A stretch of DNA of 64,000 nt from Ostreococcus lucimarinus (taxonomy: Eukaryota). The notes under the pieces are model-generated. The model had not been told where the DNA came from, searched no databases, and saw only the letters and a list, made by a program, of their open reading frames with translations. Position numbers and translations under genes: made by a program. Within the stretch, counting starts at the first letter, position 1; every line of letters begins with the position of its first letter. Positions 61,570 to 64,000 of this stretch are shown here, piece by piece. The DNA is taken from the NCBI GenBank assembly GCA_000092065.1, contig CP000601.1; one strand, 5' to 3'.

Positions 61570-64000
61570 ATGCCGTCGCGCGCGAGAGACGTCGCGCGAA
61601 CGACGCGCGACGTCGCCGCGAAAGAGATTGGATTGTTGAGCTCTGGAGCCACCACCGCGGAGCGAAGTTTTTGGGACGTCGTCGGCGCCGCCGTCGTTTC
61701 CGCGGACGATGACGACGCTTCGCGAGAGGACTCGAACGCGCCGCTGCGCGCGGGAAGCTGCGTGGCGATGTACGCGCTCGGGGCGAGGGAAGGACGAGGG
61801 ATGTACGCGGCGCGGGACGGCGGCGGTCGGTCGACGCGCGCGAACGACGCGCCGGCGGCGACGGAGGGGAAGCGCGCGCTGGAGTTTTCGTGCGCGACGC
61901 TTCGGCGAGACGGAGTTTCAACGTCGACGTCGGCGAGTGGGGGTGGCGCGGACATCGATTCGTTGATGCTCACGGCGAGAGACGCGTCGACGCAGTTGGT
62001 GGTGCTGAGATTTGGCGAATTCTACGGGTTTCGTTCGCACGCGGCGGGGGGGAAGCTTTTGCAAGCGAGACGCAAGGCTGCGAGCGAGCTGTGCTTTTAC
62101 AACTACAACTTTGGAGTGTGCGAACAATGGGAACTGGTGAGCGTCGATCACGAGCGTGCGACGTACGGACGGGCGATGCTGTTTAGGAATAGACGCTTCG
62201 AGCACGTGACGATCAACGCCGCGGTGGTGGAGGTGCCGAAGGAGTTTTTGCCAAAGTATGCGTTGGATGATATGAGTCTCTACGACGATGATTTGGCGTA
62301 CGTGGAATATGGGACGTCGTACTACGGCAGTGACACGGAATCCGAATCGTCGGTGCTCAATCTAAAACCTTTGGCGGCGCCACCGAGTCCGAGCGCCGCA
62401 GCAAACGCGTCGCCGTCGAAGCCAAAATCGAAACAGAAGCGAGTCGAACAGCAACCCGTGTTGATCGAGCCACCGAAACCGGCCGAGTCTGCACCAAGTT
62501 GGCTTTCCGCCGCCATAGTAGAAAAGTGGACGCGCATATTCAAAGACGAAATTGAAATCCGTCGCGGTGTGGAGCGGGAGCTGGAAGGTTTGCGAGAAGA
62601 GCTGAAAATAGTGGAGAAGAGCTGGATGAACTCGGTACAAACGGTACAGTTAGAGTTTGAGTCTATCAACAATGAAGCTTTGAAGACAATGCGCAAGACG
62701 ATGCAGCAAAAGATGCGAAAGCGCGTTCAAGCGGTTCAGGTGAAAGCGATAGAGCGCATGACGCGGACGTCTGCACGCGCGTTCAGGGATGAAACTTTTA
62801 AAAGGTGGAGAGCGTTTGCGGATAAGGAACGTCGAAAGCGCGTCGGCGTCGTTCGGTTCTTATTACGGGCTGATAGACGAGGTCTCGGCGCGGCGTTTGA
62901 TGCTTGGAAGAATTACGCGAACACTCGAAAGTTGAAGCGCGAGAGGGACGCGCTGTTGAGCGCGAGGCGACGCGAGAGTCTTGCTCGACAATTCTTTGAT
63001 AGATGGAAGTCGTGTGCTTCGGAATCAAATCAAACGCGTCGAATAGCCGCGAGGGCGCATAGACGTGCGTTGACTGATAAATCCAGAGAGCTGAAGCAAA
63101 AAGTGTTCGTATCGTGGTATTTGTACGCGAAACGAGGGAAGCATGTCGCAAAGATTCAGCGTCTCGCGGTGCACAAGATGCGTGAGCGTCTGATGTTTGA
63201 CGCGTTTGAGTGTTGGAAGAACCGAGCGGAAGAGAGAAAAAGTTTCACTCAACGTCTGATGCGGACGTTCGCGCGCTGGGATAACCGCACCGCATGCGCA
63301 GCGTTTTTGAAGTGGAAAGAAGTCGTGGACGATTCACGTCATGCAAAGAAGACGTACAACGGCGTGTTACTGTGCTGGAACAAGGACTCACGCAAGACGC
63401 TGACGAAGCTTCACTTTTTCGCATGGAGAACGACTGCTCGATTCGTACGGGTGCATCGCGAAAAGATGTATGCCGTCACGCGGGAACGCATGAAAAATAA
63501 CACAACGCGAATCGTCTTCCATAATTGGAAAATGCTGAGTGCGCGACGGCAGCGCGAGGAACAACATCAGAGAGGCGTCGTGCACGCGATGGCGTCGTTG
63601 CGGTTCAAATATATTCGAGCGAATTTCGACGCTTGGCGATCACAAACGATCAAGTCTGCGTTCCGTAAACACACTGTCTCAAAGTTTATGAACAAACTAC
63701 GTCGTTACGAACTGTTGAGAGCGTTCCAAGGCTGGAGATACCGCACGCATACGTTGAGAACGCAGAGACGAAGCGTAGCGGCGACGCTAACGAGATGGCG
63801 TCAACGTGTGTTGTTGAGTTCGTGGAACCAATGGAAGTTCGCCACTCAAGAGCACTCTAAGTTGATCGCTGTGAGCGCGTTAGCCATCTTTAACCGCCAA
63901 CGACAGTCTCGACTGCGCCGAAGTTTCGCGATTTGGCGCGGCATGTGGCGGGCGCAAATGGTCGCTCTCGTCAAGATGCGCGCGTCGCACCAGTTCGCCA
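61570..64000 (+). CDS. Sfi1-like centrin-binding repeat protein, 3'-partial (runs off the window end)
   Basis: Frame 1 is open from about 61357 to the window end; the supplied ORF track omits it because there is no stop. From about 62600 onward there are at least 11 tandem ~33-aa repeats with the Sfi1 consensus [FL]xxW[KR]: FFDRWKS, FVSWYLYAKR, FECWKNR, FLKWKEV, FFAWRTT, FHNWKML, FDAWRSQ, FQGWRYR, LTRWRQR, NQWKFAT, FAIWRGM. First in-frame ATG is 61570. Confidence 0.5.
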   Translation, partial: MPSRARDVARTTRDVAAKEIGLLSSGATTAERSFWDVVGAAVVSADDDDASREDSNAPLRAGSCVAMYALGAREGRGMYAARDGGGRSTRANDAPAATEGKRALEFSCATLRRDGVSTSTSASGGGADIDSLMLTARDASTQLVVLRFGEFYGFRSHAAGGKLLQARRKAASELCFYNYNFGVCEQWELVSVDHERATYGRAMLFRNRRFEHVTINAAVVEVPKEFLPKYALDDMSLYDDDLAYVEYGTSYYGSDTESESSVLNLKPLAAPPSPSAAANASPSKPKSKQKRVEQQPVLIEPPKPAESAPSWLSAAIVEKWTRIFKDEIEIRRGVERELEGLREELKIVEKSWMNSVQTVQLEFESINNEALKTMRKTMQQKMRKRVQAVQVKAIERMTRTSARAFRDETFKRWRAFADKERRKRVGVVRFLLRADRRGLGAAFDAWKNYANTRKLKRERDALLSARRRESLARQFFDRWKSCASESNQTRRIAARAHRRALTDKSRELKQKVFVSWYLYAKRGKHVAKIQRLAVHKMRERLMFDAFECWKNRAEERKSFTQRLMRTFARWDNRTACAAFLKWKEVVDDSRHAKKTYNGVLLCWNKDSRKTLTKLHFFAWRTTARFVRVHREKMYAVTRERMKNNTTRIVFHNWKMLSARRQREEQHQRGVVHAMASLRFKYIRANFDAWRSQTIKSAFRKHTVSKFMNKLRRYELLRAFQGWRYRTHTLRTQRRSVAATLTRWRQRVLLSSWNQWKFATQEHSKLIAVSALAIFNRQRQSRLRRSFAIWRGMWRAQMVALVKMRASHQFA

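Noticed and set aside
63061-63090. GTGCGTTGACTGATAAATCCAG resembles a donor, branch and acceptor in miniature
   Set aside because: At 22 nt it is too short to be an intron, and it lies in frame within an Sfi1-like repeat unit (RALTDKSRELK).

Overview
This window is very GC-rich nuclear DNA from a gene-dense eukaryote (about 65-70% GC outside one island), most likely a photosynthetic alga. I found four spliceosomal introns with a shared GTGCGT (or GCGCGT) donor, ACTGACG branch point and YAG acceptor. The window encodes an EFL-type elongation factor instead of EF-1alpha, an ELIP/LHC-like chlorophyll-binding protein, a fibrillin and several transit-peptide-bearing enzymes, and UGUAA-like polyadenylation signals follow several genes. 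I support about 35 protein-coding genes, mostly single-exon. They include Cdc20, BUB3, MLH1, CCT-zeta, a KDM5-like histone demethylase (with C-box-type zinc finger) interrupted by one in-frame TAG, tafazzin, signal peptidase complex subunit SPCS3, a DENN protein, an SF1 helicase, NDRG, an AlkB-methyltransferase fusion, Xaa-Pro aminopeptidase, a mitochondrial carrier, asparaginase, dihydroorotase, a short-chain dehydrogenase, a Nudix hydrolase, an NFACT/RqcH-type protein, a SpoU methylase, a TraB-family protein, a multi-RRM protein, a JmjC protein and a 3'-truncated Sfi1-like repeat protein. Most antisense ORFs in the supplied track are Arg/Ala-rich artefacts of the high GC content. The most unusual feature is a roughly 6.2 kb segment (809-6971) bounded by two near-identical 228 bp direct repeats. 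Its gene bodies are markedly lower in GC than the flanks. It carries a divergently transcribed ZIP zinc transporter and COG0523/CobW-type metallochaperone that share an intergenic region packed with TGTCGACA palindromes and a duplicated CACGTG module, a GIY-YIG endonuclease-like ORF, and two small orphan ORFs. I read it as a candidate mobile or horizontally acquired zinc-acquisition island. Coordinates of starts and splice sites are approximate (about 1-3 nt). I could run no database searches, so all family assignments rest on motifs I recognise in the translations.
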